Virus record (IMG/VR): IMGVR_UViG_3300050034_000334
From: a virus
Lineage: Duplodnaviria > Caudoviricetes
DNA length: 64,000 nucleotides
Strand: one strand, 5' to 3'
Part shown: in pieces, positions 27,665 to 37,880 of the stretch
How positions within the stretch are numbered: position 1 is the first letter of the stretch
Layout of the letters: every line of letters starts with the position of its first letter
Notes under the pieces: generated by a model
Database searches by the model: none
Seen by the model: only the letters and a program-made list of their open reading frames with translations
What the model was told of the DNA's origin: nothing
Program-made: the position numbers and the translations under genes

Positions 27665-27693
27665 TGATACCTCAACTTTTCCCATTCCGGGAA
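27665..27693 (-). promoter_or_regulatory. Promoter motif TTCCCGG-N16-GTATCA
   Basis: Same architecture as the copies at 54150 and 57945. Confidence 0.65.
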
Positions 27694-27694
27694 A

Positions 27695-27925
27695 TTATTT
27701 TGCTTCCCCAAACTGGAGACTCATTACTTCTCCTGCCAGAAAGGGTGGCGCCAGCACAACTGCTTCAAACAAGATTCGAGAAGTGTGTCCTTTGTGTTCA
27801 GCTACAAACGATTCCAAATCAGCATTGACAACTGTCTCTCTATGAGAAGAACATCTCTCACAAGATACACTCATAATCTGGAACTCTACATCCATAGCAT
27901 TCTTTCGAGATTGTTCTACCCTCAT
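27695..27925 (-). CDS. Hypothetical protein (CxxC, H-x2-H)
   Basis: 76-aa ORF. Confidence 0.55.
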   Translation of the reverse strand: MRVEQSRKNAMDVEFQIMSVSCERCSSHRETVVNADLESFVAEHKGHTSRILFEAVVLAPPFLAGEVMSLQFGEAK

Positions 27926-27939
27926 GATCAGAGGAACGG

Positions 27940-28188
27940 TTAGGCTTCGTTTTCCTGACCAAACCAGGTGTTGATCTTGTTTTCGACATACCCATCACTG
28001 ACGAGGAACGGATGGTGAATCACAGTCACTGTGAGAGTGGGTTCGACATACTCGAATTTCACTTTGCAGCCCATCTTATCAATGTTTCCGCTGTCACCCA
28101 CCAACTGAACACCTTCGTTGGTTAGATCTATGCGAATCTTTTCAAGCTGCTGACGATTCAGTGTGAAGGTTTGAACTGTCTGTGGCAT
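27940..28188 (-). CDS. Hypothetical protein
   Basis: AAGGAG RBS; 82 aa. Confidence 0.75.
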   Translation of the reverse strand: MPQTVQTFTLNRQQLEKIRIDLTNEGVQLVGDSGNIDKMGCKVKFEYVEPTLTVTVIHHPFLVSDGYVENKINTWFGQENEA

Positions 28189-28237
28189 GTGATCTCCTTC
28201 AGTGATGTAATACTCATCTTATTGCTTCTGCAGAAAG

Positions 28238-28921
28238 TTACATTAGGGTACTTCTCAACATTCGTTCTCGCTCCCGTCTAGAATGCTGAGCCTCAGATAG
28301 TTTAGCACGAACTTTCGTTGATCTCAAAGCAGTGCCTGCGTTTTCTAGACGCTTCGAGGACTCCTTGAAATTTGAACTATGATAGTAACAAACCGGAGAA
28401 CAGAATAACCGACTATTTCTTTTGGAGAATGGTACGGAAAAAGGTCTGCTGCATATAAGGCAAATCTTAGTTAGTGGTGGATTGCCAACTCCTTTTTTGG
28501 CATCACTTATCCTTTTACCCATCAATTTTCTAGTATCAGCGTTGGCAGGATTTGCATGCCATGATCTACGAGTAGTACTCAGTAGTTGACGAGTTGCTTC
28601 AGAATGAGGTCCAGTGAATCCCTCACCACCCTTACAAATGTTGTAGCCGTATTCAGGATCTCGAGATCTAAGGAACTCTATAAATTCCTTCTCTCTTTGA
28701 TCCAGTTCTTCCCTGGTTTCAATATCTGAAAGAAGAGCGTGAATGCTCCACAAGGAGGGATCTGGGTACTTCCTCATCGAATTGTAGAGATAGGATCTTC
28801 CGTTTCTTTGATGGCGAGCATCCCAAAATTTACCCTTGAGATAGGCTTTCAAATCCTTTCCCTTGTGCTGACCTACATAGTATTTCCCAGTGACGTGATT
28901 CACTATCAAATAGATGAACAT
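28238..28921 (-). CDS. GIY-YIG homing endonuclease
   Basis: MFIYLIVNHVTGKYYVGQ...GYNICKGGEG; paralog of 449..1153. Confidence 0.88.
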   Translation of the reverse strand: MFIYLIVNHVTGKYYVGQHKGKDLKAYLKGKFWDARHQRNGRSYLYNSMRKYPDPSLWSIHALLSDIETREELDQREKEFIEFLRSRDPEYGYNICKGGEGFTGPHSEATRQLLSTTRRSWHANPANADTRKLMGKRISDAKKGVGNPPLTKICLICSRPFSVPFSKRNSRLFCSPVCYYHSSNFKESSKRLENAGTALRSTKVRAKLSEAQHSRRERERMLRSTLM

Positions 28922-28966
28922 TTCTTCAACCTCTAATGAGAGGTAAGAAGTCAGGAAACGCGGGCA

Positions 28967-30433
28967 CTAACCTAAATTCAGAATCGTTAGAGTGTCGGTG
29001 CCCATCTCCCAGGCAGTGTCAATACGAGGAGCCAACAGGCCCCTGGCCTTCGTGATTACTCCAGGTGGCAAATAGGCGCCAGTATCATCCACCAGAGCCA
29101 CATCAGAGTAACAATCCGGATTGAGAGTGTAGGATGTCTGAGTGGAATCGGTCCAGGTGAGGACAGCGCCGGTTGCCGGCGGAACTGTGAAAGTCACTGT
29201 GGCGATTGTGGTTACTGGAGCAGGAGCAGTCGTTGGAGTAAAGTGAGCTCCACTTGCTTGGCCAACCCAGATGTGACTGGCATCTGGAGATCCAGTGATC
29301 GCTCCAAAGATCATCACTCCGCCAACCTGACCAATGATGTTGGCATGTGCTCCCGTGGAAGCCTGAATCACCTCTTCGTTGGCAGTGAATATACCACTCG
29401 TGATCGAGCCATAGGCCATCGTCGAACTGTAGGTGGAGAACGTGTAATCAGTTCCCTCAGTGAGTTGAACACCACCAGCATAGATTACAACAGTTCCTGA
29501 TACCACAGGAGCCGCGAACTGGTAGAACGTGTTGGTCCCATTTCCTGTTCCGAACGATGTGCTGTACTCCACCTTGAATGCCGCAGGCAGAGCAGCGAAC
29601 TGCAATGAACTGAGAATCATGCCAAAGTCAATCGGAAATGACTGACCCACATTCTTACCCAGGGCTGTCAACTGCGTCTCCGGAAGGGTCTGATCATAAA
29701 ATGGCGACTGTGTGAACGTGGTCTCCCAAGTTCCGGTGTCTGTGTTGCGGACATAGATTCTCAAGAAGTCCGTGATCGAATTGAGAATCGACTCCATGCT
29801 AAGACTCTCGGTCTGAATGGTGGTGAAATTCAGTCCAATGTGAGCAGGCTTATTCAAGTCGATCGCAGTGTACAAATTTGAAGTGATCTGCTGAATCTGG
29901 TTGATGTTGACGATGTTGATTTCAAGATCGGAGGGATTGCCGCTTCCGTAGTTGATGGACACAACGATCCCATTGTGATCGGTCATGTTGTATCCATCGC
30001 CAACCTTCTTGTAGAGTTCGACGACCGTGATCATCTTCCCAGTGTAGGCTTCAATGATCTCAGCAATGGCTATCGCAGTCGAACCTTGCTGGTAAGCAGG
30101 GATCAGGTTGACGATCATCTGCTTGTAGTCAAGGTCGTACTGGGTGCTTCCTGGATACCCGCTGCTGATGAACAGAGGAGTAGCAAACCTGCGCTTGATG
30201 TCTGGAGGAGTCAGGTATTCAGGATTCTTGGCCACGATGTCGTATGCAGTCATGTACTCCAGTCGCGCAAGTTCGATGGCGACCGCTCTCTGAACATGAC
30301 CCCACAGATTGTCGTCGTTCCTTGAGATGTAGAAGTTGGCAACAGCCGACATGAGGGCATTGAAACGAGCATCCTCGTATCGTAGCAGATCCTCACGGGT
30401 TCGGAGGTACGCGATATCGGCCTGGAATGCCAT
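28967..30433 (-). CDS. Putative baseplate wedge/tail-formation protein
   Basis: Downstream of the baseplate J-like gene; YQQGST...IIEAYTG and LNKPAHIG motifs. Confidence 0.6.
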   Translation of the reverse strand: MAFQADIAYLRTREDLLRYEDARFNALMSAVANFYISRNDDNLWGHVQRAVAIELARLEYMTAYDIVAKNPEYLTPPDIKRRFATPLFISSGYPGSTQYDLDYKQMIVNLIPAYQQGSTAIAIAEIIEAYTGKMITVVELYKKVGDGYNMTDHNGIVVSINYGSGNPSDLEINIVNINQIQQITSNLYTAIDLNKPAHIGLNFTTIQTESLSMESILNSITDFLRIYVRNTDTGTWETTFTQSPFYDQTLPETQLTALGKNVGQSFPIDFGMILSSLQFAALPAAFKVEYSTSFGTGNGTNTFYQFAAPVVSGTVVIYAGGVQLTEGTDYTFSTYSSTMAYGSITSGIFTANEEVIQASTGAHANIIGQVGGVMIFGAITGSPDASHIWVGQASGAHFTPTTAPAPVTTIATVTFTVPPATGAVLTWTDSTQTSYTLNPDCYSDVALVDDTGAYLPPGVITKARGLLAPRIDTAWEMGTDTLTILNLG

Positions 30434-33400
30434 TAGCTCCCCACAATGTAGTCAATCGTGATGTTTCCTGGTGACAGATACTCAGTGGAGGACGTGGTGA
30501 TATCCTTGGCCCCTTCTTCGTTCCACACCTGATAGGTCACTCTGTACGAGTTGGAGTTGGCTGAGTTCTGATAGGTCGGAATGCGGATCCATACATCACC
30601 AGCAGCCGAGATGAAGAACGACTGATCAATTCTTCCCTGGAATTCGGTGAGGCTGAACGTCCGAGTGTAGGACTCACTCTCGTAGAGGAAACCCACATAG
30701 GCATTGGCCGTTCCTCCAGAGTTCAGCGTGCTGTTCTGAAGGATGGCATAGGCCACGTACACTTGATTTCCCATGGATACCCAAGGAGTGTTGCTGGGAA
30801 TCAGGAAGCCAATGTCGTAGGCTCCGTCAGACTTAGCACACTTCGTGATAGGAATCTGAACACCAGTCACTCCAGGCTGGGACCTTACCTGCTGAACAAG
30901 CAGCGATTGGTCCAGGTCAGTCTGAGAGTTGTTGAGGACTATTCCAATAGCCGAACGCACCAGGTTGTCTACAGTATCCTGGGTTGCTGTTGGACTGATG
31001 GTCACGGTCATCGTGATATCCACCGGGCTGGCGACCATCGCCTTCACGAGCACATCTGCATCAGCGTGCTTGCTTGTCGCCAAAGTGGCCGCAAGTTGAT
31101 CTACCCAGGTTGGAATCTGAGTACTGACCGCGAAGACCTCTGATGCATAGTAGGAAATGAACAGAGGATAGGTCGTTCCTCCAGTGAGGAAAGGCATCGT
31201 CGAACTTCCGCCAGACTTAGCTGTAATCGAAGTCTGGCCAGAGGTGTGATCGACAGTCAGAATGAAGTCACGATTTTCCTGCAAGACTGTCCAGATTGGA
31301 ACTGAAGTGGTTCCGCTATTCCACACCACCTTGATGTATCTGCTGGTGAGAGGCACCGGCGGAGTCGCATTGATCAGTGAAACATCACTGGTTAGAGTGG
31401 TGAGTCCGTAGCTGTTTGGCAACCAGGTGTTGTAGATGAAACCAGACTGAGTTAAATACGAGGGAACTGTTCCTGTCAAAGTGAGGGTGTCAGTGTAGAA
31501 GTTGACCTTCTCGGTCAGGATGAACTTGTAGTATGTCACCACAACCGATGGGCTTCCATTCAGGGGAATGCCGGACTGATTCAGTATGTTCAGGCCAACC
31601 AACTGCAAGTTGTACTGTTCATAAGGACCAGCAGAAGTGATCGTGTAGTCCACTCCAAAAACATAGGGTGGCCCAACAGGATCGTAAGCATTGACAACCG
31701 TGAATCCCTTGGGAGGAGAAATGGCCCCGGTGCTGGGATCGATCATCATCACCATGTTGCTGTCGATCAGTAAGCTGGTGATTGGAGAGACGTAGACAAG
31801 CGTAACCTGCTGAACTGCCGACTGAGTGCTGTCTACCTGCACCGCATCACCCGCCGCGTTGGATCCTCCAGAGAGTAGAAAGTCCTGTGTATGGATAAGT
31901 TCAATGTTCGAAGGATCGATGACTCCAGTTTGAGGTCCTGTCACTGAATTGATGCTCAGCAACGGCTGCGAAGGAGGATTGTAGAAAATGTCCTCATGGT
32001 AGCGACCTGTCAGAATATAGTTGGCATTGCCTGAGGCCATTACTCCTGTGATGAAAGCTCCATTAGTCTGAGTTCCAGGGACTTGAACTCCATTCACTAG
32101 AGTGTATGTCAGTTCTGCTGGGTTGACAAAGATGGAAGCCGTCAATCCAGCTGGATTGTTGTAAACTTGAGCAGTTTGAACTCCCAAATACACCATTCTG
32201 CCCAAACTTGTTGCTGAAAGACTCAGAACCATGTAGAGAGGACTTGTTAGACTATTCACACTGAACTTGATGGAACTCGAATTGCTCAGCAGATTCAATG
32301 TCAGAGATCCGGTCTCAGAGTAGTTGTACACCACATTGTTGATCTGTTCAGAGAAGGAAGTTCCACGAGTGTAGATGTCAACACAGCCAAATATGTGCTT
32401 GCCTGACCTCTTGATGATGAGTCCTGAATCGGAAATATCCGCCGGCAGCCAGTCGCGAAGCATCTCGTCATCTCCGGCAGCGACAACCATGGCTTGAACA
32501 ATTCCTGGTGTTTGAATGGCAGTTCCCCAGTACCCGTATCGGGTACCAGTGTCGACTCCGACAATCTTCTTGTTCTTGATGCGCTCTGCGAAACGAGAGT
32601 TGAGTTCCGTGTCTACTGCAGGAGAAGTTCCACTTTGATTGATGCAGGACATTCCTTGAGGTACACCAGAAACTGTCTGACGGATAGCTCCAGCACCAAT
32701 TGTGCCCACACTTCCTGCTGTCTGACAGACCACCGGAATATCGACTGACCACCAACCCTTTGTGGCGTTGTAGAGACTATCAGCGTATCTCGGATCGATT
32801 GAGGCACTTCCCTGAGTGGTGAAGTTCACTGATGCCGTGGAACTATCAGCCAGGGTTGCTACAACGGCTCCCTGCTGAATGCTGATCAAGGTGGTGGGAC
32901 GGACATAGGTGAAGAAGGTCACTGTTCCAGCAGAGTATGTGGGACCTCCTCTAGTTAGACCCGCGTCTTCACCGGCCACATCGAAGGCATGGTCGATGTA
33001 TGACTGGATGTCTGTGCTGTTAAGACCGAAGGCCGCCGCCAGCTGCTGTTTCACAGAAGAATCTGAAACTGGGTCACTGTATCCATTCCCATTGGCATTG
33101 TCAATCTGAGCCAAGGCTGAAATGCTCTGGCAGCACAGAGCATACCACTGCCTGACCGACATGTTGCTGATCTCAACAGCGAACGGGTCGATGAAGAGGT
33201 CACGATTCTCTGAACGAGGAGTGAGGTCCAAGTCAGGATAGATTCTGATGATCTGAGAGATCATCCTCTGGGCAACGTCCTCTTTCCTCTGAAGCGCAAG
33301 GAAATCAGTCGGGTTGACTGCCTTCAGGTTGACAAAGCCACAAGTGATCGGTCCGACCTGCTGAGATTCATAAATCTGGTTCGAAGTGGGATCCTGCAGG

Positions 33401-34251
33401 ATCGTAGAAGCCACTGCGTAGAAGATATCAGCATTGACGTAGGACTGAGCAATCGAGACTGAGTCAAAAGTCGTAGTCGTGAAGTTCTCTGTGACTGTGT
33501 AACTGAGGGTGTAATTTCCAGTTATGAGACCAGGAGTGTTGACCATCGCGGATTCTAGACTGCTGGTCTGAACATTTGCGGATCGAGTCACGCTATTGAC
33601 CAGATCTCCCACTTGAGCATATGGAACGGTGATGCCAGTAGGATCAGTGCTGATCTGAATCCGAACCCCGAGAAGATTGTTGTAGGGAGGAGTCACCCAC
33701 TCGAGTACACAGGATTGTTGCTGCTTGTAGCAACGGAAACCAGAAGGAGGAGAAATGCGAACAGCCAGGTTGATGTCGTTGTAAAAGACAAGGTAGAACT
33801 GAATTGAAGAATCGGTGGTGCCAGTACTCAGCACGAGGACTTGAGAAGGAGTCGTGATCTGTTGAACAGGTAGATTTCCGGCCCAAAGAAGAGTTGTTGC
33901 CCCGGTTGGCGTGAAGACAGCCTTGCTAGTCACTCCTGTCCAGTAATCAGTGGCTGTAGGAGCACCTGTAATGGTCTTCAGATACATTGCTGTGCTGGCG
34001 TTGAGGATAGTTCCATCAATGACAGCGGTCGCCCCGGTGCTGTCTTGAACGACAGCTTCATTCACGAGGAAGGAGGTCGTGCTGGTCACTGAGCCAGGAA
34101 CTTCAAGATCCAACGGAAATACCTGACTATATGCCTGAACAACCACATTGTTCGTTCCATTCGCAGTTTGCACCAAAAATGGGAGAGAAGCGACATCAAC
34201 CGACAGCGTACTGTTGGCAACAATGTTCGGTGATAGGATAGTCAAGCTCAT
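30433..34251 (-). CDS. Large baseplate J/gp6-like wedge protein
   Basis: 1272 aa; DLTPRSENRDLFIDP, GTVTFFTY, DIPVVCQTAGSVGTI, DTELNSRF, HADADVLVK. Confidence 0.75.
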   Translation of the reverse strand: MSLTILSPNIVANSTLSVDVASLPFLVQTANGTNNVVVQAYSQVFPLDLEVPGSVTSTTSFLVNEAVVQDSTGATAVIDGTILNASTAMYLKTITGAPTATDYWTGVTSKAVFTPTGATTLLWAGNLPVQQITTPSQVLVLSTGTTDSSIQFYLVFYNDINLAVRISPPSGFRCYKQQQSCVLEWVTPPYNNLLGVRIQISTDPTGITVPYAQVGDLVNSVTRSANVQTSSLESAMVNTPGLITGNYTLSYTVTENFTTTTFDSVSIAQSYVNADIFYAVASTILQDPTSNQIYESQQVGPITCGFVNLKAVNPTDFLALQRKEDVAQRMISQIIRIYPDLDLTPRSENRDLFIDPFAVEISNMSVRQWYALCCQSISALAQIDNANGNGYSDPVSDSSVKQQLAAAFGLNSTDIQSYIDHAFDVAGEDAGLTRGGPTYSAGTVTFFTYVRPTTLISIQQGAVVATLADSSTASVNFTTQGSASIDPRYADSLYNATKGWWSVDIPVVCQTAGSVGTIGAGAIRQTVSGVPQGMSCINQSGTSPAVDTELNSRFAERIKNKKIVGVDTGTRYGYWGTAIQTPGIVQAMVVAAGDDEMLRDWLPADISDSGLIIKRSGKHIFGCVDIYTRGTSFSEQINNVVYNYSETGSLTLNLLSNSSSIKFSVNSLTSPLYMVLSLSATSLGRMVYLGVQTAQVYNNPAGLTASIFVNPAELTYTLVNGVQVPGTQTNGAFITGVMASGNANYILTGRYHEDIFYNPPSQPLLSINSVTGPQTGVIDPSNIELIHTQDFLLSGGSNAAGDAVQVDSTQSAVQQVTLVYVSPITSLLIDSNMVMMIDPSTGAISPPKGFTVVNAYDPVGPPYVFGVDYTITSAGPYEQYNLQLVGLNILNQSGIPLNGSPSVVVTYYKFILTEKVNFYTDTLTLTGTVPSYLTQSGFIYNTWLPNSYGLTTLTSDVSLINATPPVPLTSRYIKVVWNSGTTSVPIWTVLQENRDFILTVDHTSGQTSITAKSGGSSTMPFLTGGTTYPLFISYYASEVFAVSTQIPTWVDQLAATLATSKHADADVLVKAMVASPVDITMTVTISPTATQDTVDNLVRSAIGIVLNNSQTDLDQSLLVQQVRSQPGVTGVQIPITKCAKSDGAYDIGFLIPSNTPWVSMGNQVYVAYAILQNSTLNSGGTANAYVGFLYESESYTRTFSLTEFQGRIDQSFFISAAGDVWIRIPTYQNSANSNSYRVTYQVWNEEGAKDITTSSTEYLSPGNITIDYIVGS

Positions 34252-35069
34252 GGGGTGTTGTTCGCTCTCAGGGTGAAATTGATGTTTTGCAGTGACGATG
34301 CTTTCTGGTTAGAGGTGACTGCAATTGACACTCTGACCAGATTTGGATTGTTCGGATCTTGCTGAGCAGAAATGCCATTGATCGCTACAAGAGTCTCTCC
34401 GTTATCCAAATGTTGAATGGTTGCTTGTGACCTTTGAATGTTCTGCATGTTGGTCAGAGCATTCGTGACCTCTTGACTGATATCGGTGTCTGTGATGTTC
34501 ACACCAAACTTCTTACCGATGTAGTCCTTGATGTGACACACAAGCTGAGGATAAAACCCACAAGTCGACGTGAGGATCCACTTCAGGCTGCGCTGTATGA
34601 GTTTGTCCTGTCCCCAAATATGGAGCAGGCCGCCAGAATTTTGAATGTGCAAATCATTGACGTGCGAAGTTCCATTGCAGCGCAAACAGAAATCCACGAA
34701 TGTTCGGTACGAAACTTCCAGCAGAGGCTGAGATAGCCGAACCTCCTGTTTGAACATGATCTTGAAGAAAGGTTCATCAAGAGAAAGAGTATCCGGATCT
34801 TTGAGAACCTGCCAACCATACAAGTTATGATTCTGAGGAACTGCAACTCCGCCTATGAACACCTTGATCTGACTGGCACCATTCAAAGGAGCTCTCATGC
34901 TCATGTTTGGATCAGCCGCCAGCAGAAAGGTCCGATAATCAAACGGACTTACGGCATACCTCTCCAGGGATTGAAGATGGTCACAACCTGCCGACTTGAT
35001 GGAGAGGTCATAGCTCATGTTGTTGTCGTAGGACTCTGATAAGTGCGGTTGGAAATTGCCAGTTCCCAA
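34248..35069 (-). CDS. Putative gp25/GpW-like baseplate protein
   Basis: C-terminal KLIQRSLKWILT...YIGKK...LVAINGISAQQDPNNPNLVRVSIAVTS; position before the J-like gene. Confidence 0.6.
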   Translation of the reverse strand: MGTGNFQPHLSESYDNNMSYDLSIKSAGCDHLQSLERYAVSPFDYRTFLLAADPNMSMRAPLNGASQIKVFIGGVAVPQNHNLYGWQVLKDPDTLSLDEPFFKIMFKQEVRLSQPLLEVSYRTFVDFCLRCNGTSHVNDLHIQNSGGLLHIWGQDKLIQRSLKWILTSTCGFYPQLVCHIKDYIGKKFGVNITDTDISQEVTNALTNMQNIQRSQATIQHLDNGETLVAINGISAQQDPNNPNLVRVSIAVTSNQKASSLQNINFTLRANNTP

Positions 35070-35638
35070 GGAGTTGGAGGATCCATCTGATTGACCCGGA
35101 ATCTCGCCACTCCTTGGTATAGATCTGTCGTGTCCTGAACCAACACCGCCTGGTATTGGGGTTGAGAAAACATGTTTTCCAGGTTCTGTAGCTGAGTTGT
35201 AGTTTCTGTCGCCGCGCCATTGGCGTCCTGGGCATCATCCTCATTCATCTCTATGAGAGTTCTCACATGGTTCATGGAGAACACGCCGTCATCTTGACGA
35301 TTGAGAGTGTGCTGAAAGTTGTCCTTGATGGTAGACACAGTCACCATGGGAGCATGATCATTTCTGTAGGCATACGAGAAGTGACCATTGGGACCGGGCT
35401 TCCACGAATCTTTCTGGAATGTGGGAGTCAGAGGCTCCTCGTGAAACTCTGCATAGTACTGCTCTAGCAGACCGGCTGTCTTTCTAAACTGCTGAGCACG
35501 CATCTGATGATGCTGCTGGATCGGAGTGAAGTTGGCCGCCTTCTTGTTTACCCAGCTTTCAAACGCAACTTTCTGGCTGTGAGACAAATGGCCCAGGAAA
35601 TTGAAAGGAGGTCCGATGTTTGCATACGAAGTCGACAA
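35015..35638 (-). CDS. Hypothetical virion-module protein
   Basis: 207 aa in the structural operon. Confidence 0.7.
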   Translation of the reverse strand: MSTSYANIGPPFNFLGHLSHSQKVAFESWVNKKAANFTPIQQHHQMRAQQFRKTAGLLEQYYAEFHEEPLTPTFQKDSWKPGPNGHFSYAYRNDHAPMVTVSTIKDNFQHTLNRQDDGVFSMNHVRTLIEMNEDDAQDANGAATETTTQLQNLENMFSQPQYQAVLVQDTTDLYQGVARFRVNQMDPPTPWELAISNRTYQSPTTTT

Positions 35639-35649
35639 TCAAGCCTCCA

Positions 35650-37872
35650 TTATCCAACGAAATAGCTGACCGTTACCGAGAAATAGTAGAAGAAGCTGCG
35701 GGTGGTGCCATTGTCTACAATGGTCACTTGGAATCCGACACCGAAGGAAGAATCATTGACGATTGCCGGCGTGAGTGCTGCACCCCACATGTCATTTCCT
35801 CCGCCAAATCCCACCACTGTTGGAGAACTCTGATTGTAGAGGCCAGGGTTCTTGGCGGTGCCAATTATGCTTCCCTGATAGAACAGAGCCACTCCTGTGA
35901 GAATACCATCTCCAGCATTCTGACCTTGCCAATCCACACTTGCCGATACACCGTAGATGGTCGCATTAGAGGGTACTCCGAGCCCAAAGCCATAGGCTCT
36001 GATGTAGTCAGTAACTGTGCCTCCGCCGACACCTTCCTTTGTACGGAGCGCATTGGCTCCTTGGAAGTTGTTGTACTCGTACTGCGAGGTGTTGTATGTG
36101 AGAGAAGCAGAATTGGGATAGGTCGTACCCGCTTTGTTCAGTACAGTTACACTTACGACGGTTATGGGCACGTTGCCTCCGTAGTAAGTGAAATTTGAGT
36201 GTGTAACAAAGCTGGTTCCATACAGATAGGTGACTGGTCCAGAGATAGTGACATTCAAGTTGGAGACAACCGTACTGCTGACATTCACCACCGGAGTGGC
36301 TACAGCCGTCCATCCAGTGATCCAAGCATTCCCAGTGCCACCCATCACTGGAGTGGCTGTCACTACAGCAGAGCCAAAATAGGAATCAAACGTGAGAACA
36401 CAGGTCGTTCCATTTTGCAGCGGAGGCAATGGCTTGACCAGGGAAATAGTGAACGTCACCGGACTGCCATCAGCTGCCACTGATGTGGGACTGACGTTTG
36501 GAGATGCTCCTATTCCTGGATTTACCAGCCAGTCAACTTCAATTCCTAAACTCTGACCTCCACCCTGACTTGTAACTTGGAACATATCGGCAAATCCGGA
36601 TCTGTACCAAGCCAGGTCGTCCTGTGTAATGGTGATGTTGGTCTTTGCCACATTGGGATCAGAGGAGTTGCCATTGTAGTACAGGCCGACAGACCCTGAT
36701 ACGGGATACGTGAAACTCAACTTGCCTGAATAGCTTCCGTTGTCTCCGGTTACATTCAACATCCCTGGTGGTGGATTGGTTGGAGATGCTCCGTTGAAAC
36801 TGGGAAGAACGAAGTCCGTTCCGCTAGATGTGCTGTTCGTGAGGAACACATATCCAGTGGAGCCTTCCAACAAGCCCAAATAGGGACGAGTGTTGTAACT
36901 AATCCCCTGAACTTGGACATTGATTGTTGCTGAAGATCCTACCACATAGGGACCCTGGCTGGTTGGAGTCAAAACCAAATTGCCATTAATGGCGCCAGGA
37001 GGAGCAGGAACGATGGTGGAAGCAACTGGAAGGATCAGAGATCCGGCTCCAGTTCCGTAGAAGAGGTCGAACTGGCATTGAGAAGCACCAGAAGCGAAGC
37101 AGATTTCAAACGGATAGACACCTGCAGTCGGGAAGTTGACCACAAAATTATCGGTCTGATTGTATGGATAGACCGAAGGAGGACCTGTAAGACCAGAATC
37201 TCCAAGCAATGGACTGTATCCCTTGATCGGAGTTGTGATCATGCCATTGAATCCCTGACGACCTGAGACGTACGAAGCACCCTGAATGGCGATAATGCAG
37301 GTAGAGTTCAGGACCGCCATCAGATTCATGTTGCCTGCGGACCCAACTACAAAGTTACCAGTGAGACACACCAGAGAAGGATAACTGGCGATGGTTTGAT
37401 CACCACCATATCCACCGGCTGAAGTAACAATGTTGCTGACAAACGGATTGGCTTGGTTGCCAACTGCGTGAGGATCTCCTGAAAACGAGCTCTGTGGGAA
37501 TGTATTGAACATCAAGCCGCTGATGCCGGACGCCACTGCGTTTCCAAAGTTACCGGCTGTCAATCCTGATGGGAAATTTGCGTTGTAGTTGGCTGTGTTC
37601 ACATACGCAGTGACCGGAGTGACAGCGATTGGACCATTGGTGGCTTGCCATACCACATTGACAGCATTGGACGTCAAACCAACACGAGAGATGGTAGCCT
37701 GAATGCTATCAACACCTGCTAATGTGCCGATGTCAACAATTGTTCCAGTTCCAGATCCTGTAGTTCCGGATCCTGATCCAGAAGTAGTGGAAGTATCGAC
37801 AGAAATGGAGCCAGTTCTAGGACTCCCTCCTCCCGATGGTGTAATGGTATAGTTGACTGTCTCTCTCGGCAT
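35650..37872 (-). CDS. Tail fibre/adhesin-like protein with a possible PA14-like domain
   Basis: Ser/Thr/Gly-rich beta protein; NFPTAGVYPFEICF segment. Confidence 0.6.
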   Translation of the reverse strand: MPRETVNYTITPSGGGSPRTGSISVDTSTTSGSGSGTTGSGTGTIVDIGTLAGVDSIQATISRVGLTSNAVNVVWQATNGPIAVTPVTAYVNTANYNANFPSGLTAGNFGNAVASGISGLMFNTFPQSSFSGDPHAVGNQANPFVSNIVTSAGGYGGDQTIASYPSLVCLTGNFVVGSAGNMNLMAVLNSTCIIAIQGASYVSGRQGFNGMITTPIKGYSPLLGDSGLTGPPSVYPYNQTDNFVVNFPTAGVYPFEICFASGASQCQFDLFYGTGAGSLILPVASTIVPAPPGAINGNLVLTPTSQGPYVVGSSATINVQVQGISYNTRPYLGLLEGSTGYVFLTNSTSSGTDFVLPSFNGASPTNPPPGMLNVTGDNGSYSGKLSFTYPVSGSVGLYYNGNSSDPNVAKTNITITQDDLAWYRSGFADMFQVTSQGGGQSLGIEVDWLVNPGIGASPNVSPTSVAADGSPVTFTISLVKPLPPLQNGTTCVLTFDSYFGSAVVTATPVMGGTGNAWITGWTAVATPVVNVSSTVVSNLNVTISGPVTYLYGTSFVTHSNFTYYGGNVPITVVSVTVLNKAGTTYPNSASLTYNTSQYEYNNFQGANALRTKEGVGGGTVTDYIRAYGFGLGVPSNATIYGVSASVDWQGQNAGDGILTGVALFYQGSIIGTAKNPGLYNQSSPTVVGFGGGNDMWGAALTPAIVNDSSFGVGFQVTIVDNGTTRSFFYYFSVTVSYFVG

Positions 37873-37880
37873 TTCAGTCC

